Below are positions 50,847 to 63,107 of a stretch of 64,000 bases of DNA, in pieces. A model generated the notes under the pieces. The model did no database searches and had not been told where the DNA came from. It saw nothing but the letters and a program-made list of their open reading frames with translations. Positions within the stretch are counted from its first letter, which is position 1, and each line of letters starts with the position of its first letter. This DNA is from Methanothrix sp. (GTDB lineage: Archaea; Halobacteriota; Methanosarcinia; Methanotrichales; Methanotrichaceae), in contig OY821645.1 of NCBI GenBank assembly GCA_963682135.1, positions 672,001 to 736,000 on the forward strand, given 5' to 3'. The translations under genes and the position numbers were made by a program.

Positions 50847-52949
50847 ATGATTTTGAAGAACGCATTTGTTCCATCATTAAAAAAGGCTGTTTTAAAAAGA
50901 GCATTTCGCATCACATTATTAATTTGTTTTGTATTAGTGTTGCAGATGCCCGGCTTGATAGCAGTCGACACTTCAAACAACGATACTCTAGCCTTTGACC
51001 CTGGCAACATGAATACATCAATTCATCCCGGAGACGACTTCTATCGATATGTCAACGGCAGGTGGATCGAGAAGAATCCCATTCCATCGGATAAAACCGA
51101 TTTTAGCGAATTTGTGATTGTGGGTGACAGAACAGACGAGCAGGTTCGAAGGCTGGTAGAGCAGGCCTCCAATAACACATCTGCCCAGAAGAGCCTGGAA
51201 TGGAAGATAGGCCGGCTCTACAGCATCGGAATGGATACCAATTCAATAAACCGCCAGGGAACCGGGCCGCTGCAGGGAGAACTGGAACAGATAGACAATA
51301 TTACCTCCGCTGCTGATGTTCAAAAGGTCTCCACGAAGTTGCTTTCTTATTACATTATCGATCCATTATTCTCATTCTATGCTTCTCCCGACAGCAAGAA
51401 CAGCAAGGTGATGATAGCTACCATTTACCAATCCGGTCTGGGCTTGCCAGACAGAGATTATTACCTGCGAATGGATAACGAATCGGCGAAGACGCGCGAA
51501 GATTATCTAAAGTTCGTCGCCAACATGTCTATCTTGCTGGGCGAATCTTCCTCGAACGCCTCCAAAGATGCTCAGACTATTTTGAGAATGGAGACCAGAT
51601 TGGCCAATGCATCTTTCACAAATATTGAGAATCGAGATGCAGTCAAGACCTATCATCGCATGACCCTCTCAGAGCTGCAGGAACTGGCACCGGAAATCAA
51701 CTGGACCGGATTGATCCAGGATGTGGGCTATCCTGATATTGAGGTGATCAATGTCAACCAGCCGACTTTCATAAGGGAAATGGGAAAGATGATCGAGACG
51801 GAGAGCGCAGACGACTGGAAGACCTTCCTGCGCTGGAAGCTGATATCTGCAACTTCTCCATACCTCTCCTCCGAATTTGAGAATGAATCCTTTGAATTCT
51901 ACGGCCATAAGTTGAACGGCCAGGAGGAGATGAAGCCTCGCTGGAAGAGGGTCCTCGGGACAGAGAACCAATTACTGGGGGAGAGCATCGGCCAGCTCTA
52001 CATTCAGCAATATTTTGATCCTCAATCCAAGGCCAAGATGAAAGAAATGGTGAAGAACCTGAAAGCTGCATTTCGCGAAAGGCTCGTGAATCTCTCCTGG
52101 ATGGAGAATGCCACTAAAGCTAAGGCTCTTGATAAACTGGAGGCCATGGATGTTCAGGTCGGCTATCCGGATGAATGGCAGGATTTCTCTCGGCTGGAGA
52201 TATCGAACGATTCTTACGTGATGAATGTGCTCAGAGCCGGCAAGTTCCAATTCGAACACGGATATTCCGGGCTGGACAAGGCAGGAAAGCCCGTGAACCG
52301 CAAAACCTGGTTTGCGCCGCCTCAAGAGGTAAACGCTTACGCCTACTTCGAGATGAATGCCATATTCTTCCCGGCAGGGATTTTACAGCCGCCTTTCTAT
52401 AATGCCCTGGCAGATGATGCCATCAACTATGGAGCTATCGGCGCTGTCATCGGACACGAGATGACTCATGGTTTTGACGATCAGGGAAGAAAGTTTGACA
52501 AGAACGGCAATTTGACTGACTGGTGGACAGAGCAGGATGAATTCAATTTCAATAACAGCACAGAGGTGTTGGTGGGCCAGTATGACAAGTTCGAAGCGCT
52601 GCCGGGTCTCTATGTGAACGGCAACCTGACATTAGGCGAGAACATAGCAGATATGGGCGGCCTGACCATGGCGTATTATGCTTTCCATCTGACACAGCCA
52701 AATGAGACTGAGAAGATCGACGGTTTCATTGCAGATCAGAGGTTCTTCCTGGGCAACGCCCAGATGTGGCGAGATAATATCCGCAATGAGTCTTTGAGGA
52801 CTAAGGTATTGACCAATCCACATTCGCCCTGCAAATTCCGAATTAATGGTGTAGTCTTCAATATGCCGGAGTTCTACCTGGCCTTTAAAGATATCAAGCC
52901 TGGTGATAAGCTTTACAGACCAGAGGATGAGAGGCCGGTCATCTGGTAA
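50847..52949 (+). CDS. M13 (neprilysin/PepO) metallopeptidase, secreted
   Basis: PGDDFYRYVNG, VNAY, GHEMTHGFD, GENIAD, PHSP. Confidence 0.93.
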   Translation: MILKNAFVPSLKKAVLKRAFRITLLICFVLVLQMPGLIAVDTSNNDTLAFDPGNMNTSIHPGDDFYRYVNGRWIEKNPIPSDKTDFSEFVIVGDRTDEQVRRLVEQASNNTSAQKSLEWKIGRLYSIGMDTNSINRQGTGPLQGELEQIDNITSAADVQKVSTKLLSYYIIDPLFSFYASPDSKNSKVMIATIYQSGLGLPDRDYYLRMDNESAKTREDYLKFVANMSILLGESSSNASKDAQTILRMETRLANASFTNIENRDAVKTYHRMTLSELQELAPEINWTGLIQDVGYPDIEVINVNQPTFIREMGKMIETESADDWKTFLRWKLISATSPYLSSEFENESFEFYGHKLNGQEEMKPRWKRVLGTENQLLGESIGQLYIQQYFDPQSKAKMKEMVKNLKAAFRERLVNLSWMENATKAKALDKLEAMDVQVGYPDEWQDFSRLEISNDSYVMNVLRAGKFQFEHGYSGLDKAGKPVNRKTWFAPPQEVNAYAYFEMNAIFFPAGILQPPFYNALADDAINYGAIGAVIGHEMTHGFDDQGRKFDKNGNLTDWWTEQDEFNFNNSTEVLVGQYDKFEALPGLYVNGNLTLGENIADMGGLTMAYYAFHLTQPNETEKIDGFIADQRFFLGNAQMWRDNIRNESLRTKVLTNPHSPCKFRINGVVFNMPEFYLAFKDIKPGDKLYRPEDERPVIW

Positions 52950-53063
52950 GGAGGACCATTGCAGAGAGGATTTAGGGAAAAGAAGATGCCTAAAGGAAGT
53001 ATGCCTGAAGGGGGTTAGAATCCACTTTGGCAGCCTTCAGCTATCGGAACTTGGGTGTAACTA

Positions 53064-53510
53064 TCAGGCCTTTATGACAATCGTCTTGGCGATGTTATCC
53101 CCAAGTCTCTGCTTCTTATCGGAACGCCAGATGAGGATAGCACCGATGAGATAGGCGAATAGTCCATCGATGATTCTGAGGATATTCCTTGTCAGAGCTT
53201 GGTTCATATCGATCTGTCCTCCGTCTTCCCTGACTACCTTGATCTTGGTTACCATCTTGCCGATGGTCTGTCCCTTTGACCCCTCAAGGAGTGTGAAATA
53301 GCCAACGTAAATTACGAAATAGAGCAATCCAATCCACCAGGGAACCATTCTCTGCGTCATCATACCAAAACCCATCCCACTGCCGATGGCTCCAATAATG
53401 ATGCCCACAATTATGTTATCAATGATGAGAGATACTAGCCTAATTCCTATTCCCTGGTACTCTTTCGTCTCTATGGTATTTCCTGAATTTGATAAAATTT
53501 CATCGGTCAT
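53064..53510 (-). CDS. RDD family membrane protein
   Basis: R..IID, GQTIGK, QRLGD. Confidence 0.9.
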   Translation of the reverse strand: MTDEILSNSGNTIETKEYQGIGIRLVSLIIDNIIVGIIIGAIGSGMGFGMMTQRMVPWWIGLLYFVIYVGYFTLLEGSKGQTIGKMVTKIKVVREDGGQIDMNQALTRNILRIIDGLFAYLIGAILIWRSDKKQRLGDNIAKTIVIKA

Positions 53511-53641
53511 AAATCCACTCTCCTAGCTATGACTAATAACATCTATATTGGAAACGCATGCATTAGCCATTTCCAAATCAACTAATATAATTAATATAGC
53601 TATTACTGCTATATATTTTTTTCTTTAAAGTTAATCGCATG

Positions 53642-54485
53642 TAGAGTCCCGAATCTTTGGCATTTATATACCCCTCGATTCTTTTTTAATCTACCTTGCT
53701 GCATTAAAATCTCTCTCCATTCGAGACAGAATAAATTCAACTTACAGCCGTTTGGCAATCTAGACCAAAAAGCATCTTCTGGCGTCTGAAGATAGTGCTT
53801 TTCTTCAAGACTCTCATGATACCTTATTGAGTTATACCAATTCAAAAATTTGTCAAAATTTTCAAACAATTTCCTGCTCTTCTCGTAAGTATGAAACCAT
53901 TTTTCGATTTTGCCATTGGTCTGAGGATGCTTAACTCGCGCCAGGATATGTTTTATCCTATTCTCTGCCAGGAATCGTCCAAAATCACATTCTGACACCC
54001 CGTTCTTGTCTGACCTGTTGGCAAAGAATTGCGAGCCATGATCCGTAATCATCTCTTTGATTTCCCGAATCTCTCCAAAATCATCAAGCGCCATTCTTAC
54101 AATCGCTATGCTGTTATCAGTAGTCGCAGCAGAAAATTCCCCTTCTGCAAGAATGAATCGAGAGCTGTCATCAAGAACCACGCAGACCTCTTTGCCATTG
54201 AATCGACTGGTATGCCAATCAAGATGAACTGCGATGAGACTATGTTTTCGTTCATATCTCATCCAAGGCTTCCTGCGTTTCTTTTTTGTTATCCCCATTG
54301 GTTAAACCGTTTTCAAGAAGGACTTGATGGATCGCGTTATGCGGTATATGTCTGCCATATCTTTGCTCGATTATCTTCTCGATAAGCCTTGCTCCGGAAT
54401 TTTGCTCTTTGTGGATTTCCAGTATTAGACTAACGTCTGACTCGCCAAGACTCTTCTTTGGGCGCCCGAACTTTTTTGGTGCCAA
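53642..54485 (-). pseudogene. IS481-like (rve integrase core) transposase remnant
   Basis: RYERKHS..HLDW, LDDSSRF, ITDHGSQF, HPQTNGKIEK; split by frameshifts near 54285 and 53730; 5' end truncated. Confidence 0.8.
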
Positions 54486-54559
54486 TGGCTCCTTATTCTT
54501 ATAATTGAGATCGTGCGGTTAATGCGTTTACTTGATTCGGGAGGTTGGGTCAAAACCTA

Positions 54560-55102
54560 TTAGAGATTCACGACCCGGTCGCTTTTGGACACGGAAATCA
54601 GACGCTCTACTCCATCAATCTCCTTGATTAATGCCGCCACAGAAGACGGCACCAGTTTGGACCATTCACCATTCTCTCTCATCAGCTTGCGGATGACCGT
54701 CCCGGAATACTGGTCTCTCCGGTACATGGGCGACCTTCTTATCTGTATGCCGGCTTCGGACATGAGCTGAACCACCAGAGGATTATTGGAGTAGACCACA
54801 TCAAAGCGAGGCACCATGGATCGCAGGTGAGAAGCCCATACGCAGTTTCTTTGGATATCCTGCAAAGGCGTGATGACGCATCGCTCCCTCAAACCGCTCT
54901 CGCTCAAAGCGGCATATATCATCTCCATCCTCTCGCCACCGGTGAAAGGATTTTCTGGAGTGTGGCTCTCCTGGGCGCTGCCAATTACGATTACTATCTC
55001 CTCCACCTCCAGAGCGATCTTCTCCAAAACCGCCTGATGCCCCAGGTGATAGGGCTGGAAGCGCCCAATGTACAAAGCCCTCTTGATCTTTAAATCCCCC
55101 AT
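54560..55102 (-). CDS. nadM: Nicotinamide-nucleotide adenylyltransferase
   Basis: YIGRFQPYHLGH, GSAQESHT..NPFTGGER, SGTVIR. Confidence 0.93.
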   Translation of the reverse strand: MGDLKIKRALYIGRFQPYHLGHQAVLEKIALEVEEIVIVIGSAQESHTPENPFTGGERMEMIYAALSESGLRERCVITPLQDIQRNCVWASHLRSMVPRFDVVYSNNPLVVQLMSEAGIQIRRSPMYRRDQYSGTVIRKLMRENGEWSKLVPSSVAALIKEIDGVERLISVSKSDRVVNL

Positions 55103-55119
55103 CTTGACTTGCCTATCGC

Positions 55120-56878
<1,759 letters not shown>

Positions 56879-56891
56879 AATTCAGCGTTCT

Positions 56892-59800
56892 TCATTCCTT
56901 GTTTTTTGCAGGGGATTTTTCAGCTAGTTTATCAGTGAGACTCTTAATCAACTCATCAAGATCTTTCTCATACTCTTCATTGAGATCCAATTCCTTCGCC
57001 AACCGGCAACATTTCGAGGCCTTTCTGGCAATGAGCGGATCCCTCTTTGATTGCAGATCCCATAAATCAATTTTGCCCTTATATGCCATAGCCAGGTGAA
57101 AATATGCAGAAGGTCCGGCTTGCTCGGACACGGATTTCTCAAGCCAGTATATCGCTTCATCTATGAGGCCAAGGTCATAGCAAATCCAGCCCATGCAATC
57201 TTCGTAATCGGCATTTAAGCGATGCATCCTTGATTGATAATCCTCTTTATATTCTCTGCTATTTGTCCCTTTATTGCAGTCTTCCAGTGAGCCAATATCT
57301 TTTTTGGCAAGACGAGCATTATCAAGGGCAATACCAGGGTTACCATTGCGTTCTATGCATGAGATTGATTTACCTAAATAGGCTCGAATTATTATCTCAT
57401 TTGGATAAATGAAATCTTCATATTTTTCTCCAAGAATATTATCTGGCGCATCTTCTTTAAATTTTACTCCTTCTGATATTATCTGGTCGAACAGTCTATC
57501 CGATTCATCGAATGACTTAGCTTTGAGGTAAGCATAAGCAAGTCTTAGGGCGATTATGAGCGTGTCTCTATCGGAATGGATCTTTGCAGATCTAACATTG
57601 TAGAGAATTCTGAAATGAGGTATTGCTTTCTTGTAGTTGCCCATCTCATAATGCACTTTGCCAAGCCAGTAACGAGCCACACCTCTCTTTGTTATCAGAG
57701 ATTTATCATAGATCCTCAGGGCTTGATTGAGTTTATCACTGGCGGCAGTCAGTATTTTCTTACGATGTTCTTTATCATCGCATTTTTTTGCCTGTTTAAC
57801 ATATGATTGTGCCATCTCAACCAGGATTTCAGGCTTGTCAGGCTTCCAAGATTGTGCATAATCCAGCTCTTGCATGCCAAAATCAAACTCCTCCAGGTCG
57901 CAGAATATGCTGCCAAGCTCACGACGCTCGTCATAGCCCAACGGGTTAGACATCCTTCCTTTTTGTGCTCCTTTTAGGGCATTCGACATTTCTTTTCTTT
58001 GCTCACTCTGTGATCGGGAAAGCTTCGTCCAGAGGCTTCTGCTTTTTATATCCTGAGGACGTTCATCCTCTAATAGATTAATTGCTTCCTGGAAGGCCGT
58101 TTCCGCTTCTCTTGGCTTTTTCATATTAAGATAAAGCTGACCTGATTCAATCAAGAGCTGAGAATATTCCTGGACATACATGGAGTACTTTCTTGGAAAT
58201 TCAGTTTTAATTATTGAACTATTATTTTTATTATCCTTAATAAAAATCTCATTGATCTCTTCAAGCGTATTTATAGATTCTTTATCAAATAAATCCACCT
58301 GCGCTTTGATTTTATCATTATTCTTTTTATTTTCAATAGCATCAACAGCTCTGAGATAGACATCTGCGCAATTTTTTAGGGCATTTTCTAATTCATCGAT
58401 CGCTTCTTTATTGTGGGATAGTTTTTGCGCTTCGCTAATAATATCGCTAATTTTTCTTTGTAATTTATTGTACATTTTTTTATTTTTATAATCTCTAGCT
58501 TCAATTGGATTTGACTCACCATTTATAAGTTTGTATGTATCTAATTTGCATTTTAACACATTCTTGGCATTGGCGAGACAATTCTCAGACTCTTGCTTTT
58601 TTTCTTGATTTTTTTGATATATTTCATTAAATAGAGCATCCAATACGTTTATTTCCGGGCCAATGAAGATAGAGTCGTCTTTGAGATGCTTATTTAAACT
58701 TTCTATTTTTTTATCGAAATCACTATTATCTTGAATCTTATTATTTTCTAGAAAATTAATTGAATTAGTGAGACATCTATGGGCATCGTCTGGTCTTTTC
58801 GATTTCAAATAGTGCTCATGTCTATCAAACATCTCTCTAGCCTTTCTGAAAGAATCGTCCCAATAATTATAATATAAATAAGATAAATAACTATACGAAT
58901 AAAGAACCTGTGCTCTTTCCCATCCCTTTTCTGCCCGATGATAATCATTCTTCAATTTATCAATAATTATTTTGATGTGGTTTTCGTAAATGTTCTTAGT
59001 CTCATTGCTATCGTTATCTATTGAATCTAGGTCATCTAATAATTTAATTAATGTCGCAAAAACGGCGGCGCTTTTCCAATTCCCCGATACACCTTCCTCT
59101 TTTCCGCCGCATTCAAGCATCATTTTAAGACATTTGATAATCGAATCTCCTTTCTTTGCATCATCCTTTAATCTTGCCAAAAAGGAAGCATTTTCCAGAC
59201 GTCGACATTGCTCGGCTTCCTCCATCGACCCATAGACTTTTGCCACCATTTCCAGGGCGGCACTGCATGCATCAGGGCCATAGACCATGATACTATCGCA
59301 TAATTGAAACGCTCTTTCTTTGCACATTAATTCATTATGGGTTACTTCTTTGTTCCACTTTTTATAAAAAATACATCCAAGACATGCCTTGAACCTGTCA
59401 TCTTCAGGAGCCATTTTTGAGCCAAATTCGTAAATTTTTCTGGCGGCTTCATCGTATTTATTGGATGAATTCTGACAATGGGCTTTGCCTAGATGAAGAT
59501 ATAAATTGGAATCATAGGGATTCACGCTGATGGCCTGTTCAAGAGATTTTCTCGCACTAAAATTTTGCATAGAATAAGATAGCTCCTCTGGAAAGGATTT
59601 TTGCTTAAGCAAATATAGATCGGCCAGATCAATTAGGCACTCGCTAAACAGCTTCCTGGCATCAGTCAAATCATCCTCCCAGAATTCTGATTTTAGCAAT
59701 GCCAACAGGGAATAATATGCCGCCTTTTTACAGCACGTGATCGGATTTATTAGATCTATCTTTTGGACGCCGGATCCTGAATTCTTCACGCTGGTCTCAA

Positions 59801-61808
59801 CTGAACAGATAGACTCTCGGTTTTTTTCATCAATCCTGGCCAGATGGCTCATGGCATCTCCCTTCAGATTATATGCTTTTGCCAGACATCGATAATCCTT
59901 CAATATGATGCCAGAGTCTTTCTCTTTAAGTTTAATTATATAATCACTCAAATCAACAACTTTCGTATACTGTTCTGTAATTGTCTTATTGCAGAGGCGG
60001 AGAAGCTTAATATCATGATGATACGAATGAGAAAGTTCCTCTTGGTCTCTTGCTCTATCATAAATATTGAGCCCAAGGGCATAATATGCCTCCCATTCGT
60101 TGGGATTTTTCTTGATGGCCCTGGAGAACGCGACCTCGGCAGAGTCGAGCTGCTGGAGTTCGGTATAGACGACCCCTAAATTATAATAGGCTTTAATGGA
60201 GTCATCCTCCTCTTCGGCAGCATTGATGAAGTGCTTTTCAGCATCCTTTAAGTAATATTGCCTTTTTTTGACAGAATGCAGACAATCACGATAAGCTCGA
60301 AGACCTTCATTGAAATTCCAAATAGCTTTCCAGGGTACTACTTTGCCAGGTTCTCCAAATGCCAGCTTTGCGAAAATCCGGTGAGAGAGCTCACTAACCA
60401 TATCGTCAATCGGTCGGGTCTTTGAGTCACTATCCAAGGAGATCTGCTCATCAACAACCCAGCTGTATGGCTCACTTCCCGTCATAGTTGCGGTCAGGTA
60501 AAAAATGTCTCCCTTTTCCTTCGTTGTGTCTTTCGTCTTATGCAATCCGATAGTTATCCTTGGTCCCTGCATCAAGCGCCCGATCATACTGGTGACTGAC
60601 CCCAGGGGGACGCTTATTGGGCCAAGCCCAATCTCCGAATTTTCACTGGTTGAGCTCTTTAGAATATCTCCGATCTCCCCTGATTTAAGGGTGGCTTCGA
60701 CGGGCCTGCCTGCACCTGATTCAGATCGAATGGCACGTTGCTCATCTACATCTTTGTATAGCTCGCTTATCCTATTGAGGTTTGTTGCCAGCAGGTCGGC
60801 CAACCCACTTGGATTGGGTTCATCTCTGTCGGCCCCCTTTCCAGCTTTATCATCTGCTTTGGTTTCTTGCGGAGGGGAATTTGTGAAATCTTCCACAACA
60901 ATTGACAATTGATGAGATGTCCTCATGACGAGGATTATTACTTCTAAAAGAAACCAAATTACTAAGATCTTCTCCCAATGAAAACTGATAGTTGTTATTA
61001 TGCTTGATACCATTGCATAAAAAAAGTTATCCCCAAAATAATTCCAATATACTATTACTCCCTTTGGCGAATCCATATTGAGCAATAATCCGTCAGATGG
61101 TCCGTCCAGCAATGATCCTTGCGCATACCTTGCACCAAGATATGTGACGTTAGATATGATTCCATTGATCTGGGATGTGCCATCGATAATCATTCTTGAG
61201 CTCGATGCAATCAGGCCATTGTAGGCTTTCTCTATCAACCAGACAATGATTGCGACATCTGCCAGCCTTATTACAGGAGCCGGACATCCTGTAATCAAGA
61301 AGCGGTAGGTTTTTCCCAGCCATCTGGATATCCACAATAATAGAAATCGAGCAGGGAAAAAAATAGTATGTTTCGAAAGAATTAATAATGTTGAGAGGAG
61401 TAATAGTATTAATGAAATCAAGATAATAGAAAAGCCCAACATTGCCCATAGAGAAGATTGTGGTAAGCCTTTAGCTTCTCCAAAGAGTAGGTATAATATG
61501 CTTTCTCCATAGGCCTGGTCAATTATGCGAAGAATAAGAAGCGAAATTAGAATGACGCCAATGCCAAGAAATAATATTATCGCGTAAGCCCACCTTTTCT
61601 TACACAATGGTTTAAAATGGAAAATAAGAGCAGGAACAAAAAAGAAGAAAAAAAACGTAGTAATCGCATATGCCCAAAGATCAGACATCTCTGAGAAAGC
61701 TGTCGCTTTCACTAGAATGCTGATGAATGCACTGGCAATAAACAACGAACTCGCAAAAATAAAGAAAACCGTTGAAGCCCCATTCCTTACCTTCAGCATA
61801 ATTGGCAA
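56892..61808 (-). CDS. Large membrane-anchored TPR protein
   Basis: Multiple N-terminal TM helices followed by TPRs (AYYNLGVVY, LYLHLGKA, YWLGKVHY, YFHLAMAY); AT-rich. Confidence 0.8.
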   Translation of the reverse strand: MPIMLKVRNGASTVFFIFASSLFIASAFISILVKATAFSEMSDLWAYAITTFFFFFFVPALIFHFKPLCKKRWAYAIILFLGIGVILISLLILRIIDQAYGESILYLLFGEAKGLPQSSLWAMLGFSIILISLILLLLSTLLILSKHTIFFPARFLLLWISRWLGKTYRFLITGCPAPVIRLADVAIIVWLIEKAYNGLIASSSRMIIDGTSQINGIISNVTYLGARYAQGSLLDGPSDGLLLNMDSPKGVIVYWNYFGDNFFYAMVSSIITTISFHWEKILVIWFLLEVIILVMRTSHQLSIVVEDFTNSPPQETKADDKAGKGADRDEPNPSGLADLLATNLNRISELYKDVDEQRAIRSESGAGRPVEATLKSGEIGDILKSSTSENSEIGLGPISVPLGSVTSMIGRLMQGPRITIGLHKTKDTTKEKGDIFYLTATMTGSEPYSWVVDEQISLDSDSKTRPIDDMVSELSHRIFAKLAFGEPGKVVPWKAIWNFNEGLRAYRDCLHSVKKRQYYLKDAEKHFINAAEEEDDSIKAYYNLGVVYTELQQLDSAEVAFSRAIKKNPNEWEAYYALGLNIYDRARDQEELSHSYHHDIKLLRLCNKTITEQYTKVVDLSDYIIKLKEKDSGIILKDYRCLAKAYNLKGDAMSHLARIDEKNRESICSVETSVKNSGSGVQKIDLINPITCCKKAAYYSLLALLKSEFWEDDLTDARKLFSECLIDLADLYLLKQKSFPEELSYSMQNFSARKSLEQAISVNPYDSNLYLHLGKAHCQNSSNKYDEAARKIYEFGSKMAPEDDRFKACLGCIFYKKWNKEVTHNELMCKERAFQLCDSIMVYGPDACSAALEMVAKVYGSMEEAEQCRRLENASFLARLKDDAKKGDSIIKCLKMMLECGGKEEGVSGNWKSAAVFATLIKLLDDLDSIDNDSNETKNIYENHIKIIIDKLKNDYHRAEKGWERAQVLYSYSYLSYLYYNYWDDSFRKAREMFDRHEHYLKSKRPDDAHRCLTNSINFLENNKIQDNSDFDKKIESLNKHLKDDSIFIGPEINVLDALFNEIYQKNQEKKQESENCLANAKNVLKCKLDTYKLINGESNPIEARDYKNKKMYNKLQRKISDIISEAQKLSHNKEAIDELENALKNCADVYLRAVDAIENKKNNDKIKAQVDLFDKESINTLEEINEIFIKDNKNNSSIIKTEFPRKYSMYVQEYSQLLIESGQLYLNMKKPREAETAFQEAINLLEDERPQDIKSRSLWTKLSRSQSEQRKEMSNALKGAQKGRMSNPLGYDERRELGSIFCDLEEFDFGMQELDYAQSWKPDKPEILVEMAQSYVKQAKKCDDKEHRKKILTAASDKLNQALRIYDKSLITKRGVARYWLGKVHYEMGNYKKAIPHFRILYNVRSAKIHSDRDTLIIALRLAYAYLKAKSFDESDRLFDQIISEGVKFKEDAPDNILGEKYEDFIYPNEIIIRAYLGKSISCIERNGNPGIALDNARLAKKDIGSLEDCNKGTNSREYKEDYQSRMHRLNADYEDCMGWICYDLGLIDEAIYWLEKSVSEQAGPSAYFHLAMAYKGKIDLWDLQSKRDPLIARKASKCCRLAKELDLNEEYEKDLDELIKSLTDKLAEKSPAKNKE

Positions 61809-61917
61809 CCAGACACTTTCCTATTACTACTGTTTCGTTGTTTTAGTATATTTAATTTGCCGAAGACCTCTCGAATGACAATGAGTGCATCAAATCAAAA
61901 TAAATATAAAAAACTAA

Positions 61918-62310
61918 TTATTTTCCGTCAATAGAAACTACATCTTTCGCTCGATCTACAGTTATCTCTTTAATTCCTTGAAAAGAGGAAACAGCACCCT
62001 TGATCCGGACGCGATCGCCTATATTCACCTTGTCTTGAATCTCTTCGGCTCCTGCTTTCGATGAAATGAAAACCGGAAGAGGCGTTGAGTCCAGCATGAT
62101 AATTAGATTGCCGCCACTCTTGGTAGGCTTCTTCTCCAGGACCAGGCCTTCTACTGAAAGGCTTGCCTCTTCTTTCATGCCGGAATCAATATCTTTAACG
62201 CCAGCCAGATCATCGTCTTCAGGGCCAAAGGCCCAAAAAGCCACCGCCAGAGATCCCAAGGCCATGAGGAGCAACACTACTACGACCTTCTCCTCTCTTT
62301 GCATCCTCAT
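61918..62310 (-). CDS. Membrane-anchored OB-fold protein
   Basis: N-terminal TM helix; VEG.V..GGNLII..GDRVRIKGAV..EITV. Confidence 0.75.
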   Translation of the reverse strand: MRMQREEKVVVVLLLMALGSLAVAFWAFGPEDDDLAGVKDIDSGMKEEASLSVEGLVLEKKPTKSGGNLIIMLDSTPLPVFISSKAGAEEIQDKVNIGDRVRIKGAVSSFQGIKEITVDRAKDVVSIDGK

Positions 62311-62386
62311 GACAGTCCATCCGGCGCCATAGCCCAGGCTATTCTACAAGCTCTGCGCGATTGAGCAAAAAAGATTTTTATATCTT

Positions 62387-62563
62387 CTATTTCTTAACTT
62401 CCGGTTTGACACCATAGTACTGCTGCCAGCCCTTCTCCAGGTGCTCCAGACATATATCGCATACACCCTTGTATGCGCCCTCTGGGTAGGTGAGGTTATG
62501 GACGGGGGCCTTTATGGGAAAGAGCAGCGGTCGAGCACGGGTACATAATTCGCAATCAGCCAT
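62387..62563 (-). CDS. Small FpoO-like zinc-finger protein (58 aa)
   Basis: Below the ORF-track cut-off. MADCELCTRARPLLFPIKAPVHNLTYPEGAYKGVCDICLEHLEKGWQQYYGVKPEVKK has DCxLC...YPxG.(W/Y)KG.CxxC, like the N-terminus of Methanosarcina FpoO. Confidence 0.75.
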   Translation of the reverse strand: MADCELCTRARPLLFPIKAPVHNLTYPEGAYKGVCDICLEHLEKGWQQYYGVKPEVKK

Positions 62564-62629
62564 TTAAATTCATCTCCTACGAAATGTTGGATGAAGCTTC
62601 TCATGTTTAAGTTTTCTGTCCGAATGGTT

Positions 62630-63076
62630 TCATGCCTCAAAGGGATGATATTCTTCCATCTCCCTCACAATTCCTGCCAGTTCCTCCACCAGCGCCTCAT
62701 CTACCTCTGCAAGCTTTACATTTCGCACAACATTGGTCACCTCGATATCGGCCATGACGATCTTGGGAAGATTGCTGTGCTTGAATCCCTCCACCACAAC
62801 GTAGTCCATCCCATCCCTCTCCAGTTCAGCCAGGGCGCAATCAAGATCGCCTCGCTCGCGGGTCACCTTGAGGCGCGCGTTGCCCATGCCCAGGACCACA
62901 TCCGCCCCGGCATCGAAGTGGCGCCTGGTGTCGCCCCGGTCCACGTCATGGCCGGCCATGTTCTTGATCGTGCCCACCTTGCCATGTTTAGCCAGCGACG
63001 CTACCAGTGCGCAGGCCAATGTGGTCTTGCCTGTTTTCTTGGTTCCTACTACGGATATTACCTTCATGCTATCCAT
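62630..63076 (-). CDS. mobB: Molybdopterin-guanine dinucleotide biosynthesis protein B
   Basis: VISVVGTKKTGKTTL, VGTIK, GDT.RH..AGA, VVVEGFK. Confidence 0.85.
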   Translation of the reverse strand: MDSMKVISVVGTKKTGKTTLACALVASLAKHGKVGTIKNMAGHDVDRGDTRRHFDAGADVVLGMGNARLKVTRERGDLDCALAELERDGMDYVVVEGFKHSNLPKIVMADIEVTNVVRNVKLAEVDEALVEELAGIVREMEEYHPFEA

Positions 63077-63107
63077 TTTCGATTGCAGATGGTTTGTTAT
63101 TCTTTGC

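Noticed and set aside
54270-54300. Programmed -1 frameshift at AAAAAAG in the IS481-like transposase
   Set aside because: Joining the frames needs +1 rather than -1, and the gene has other lesions, so decay is more likely
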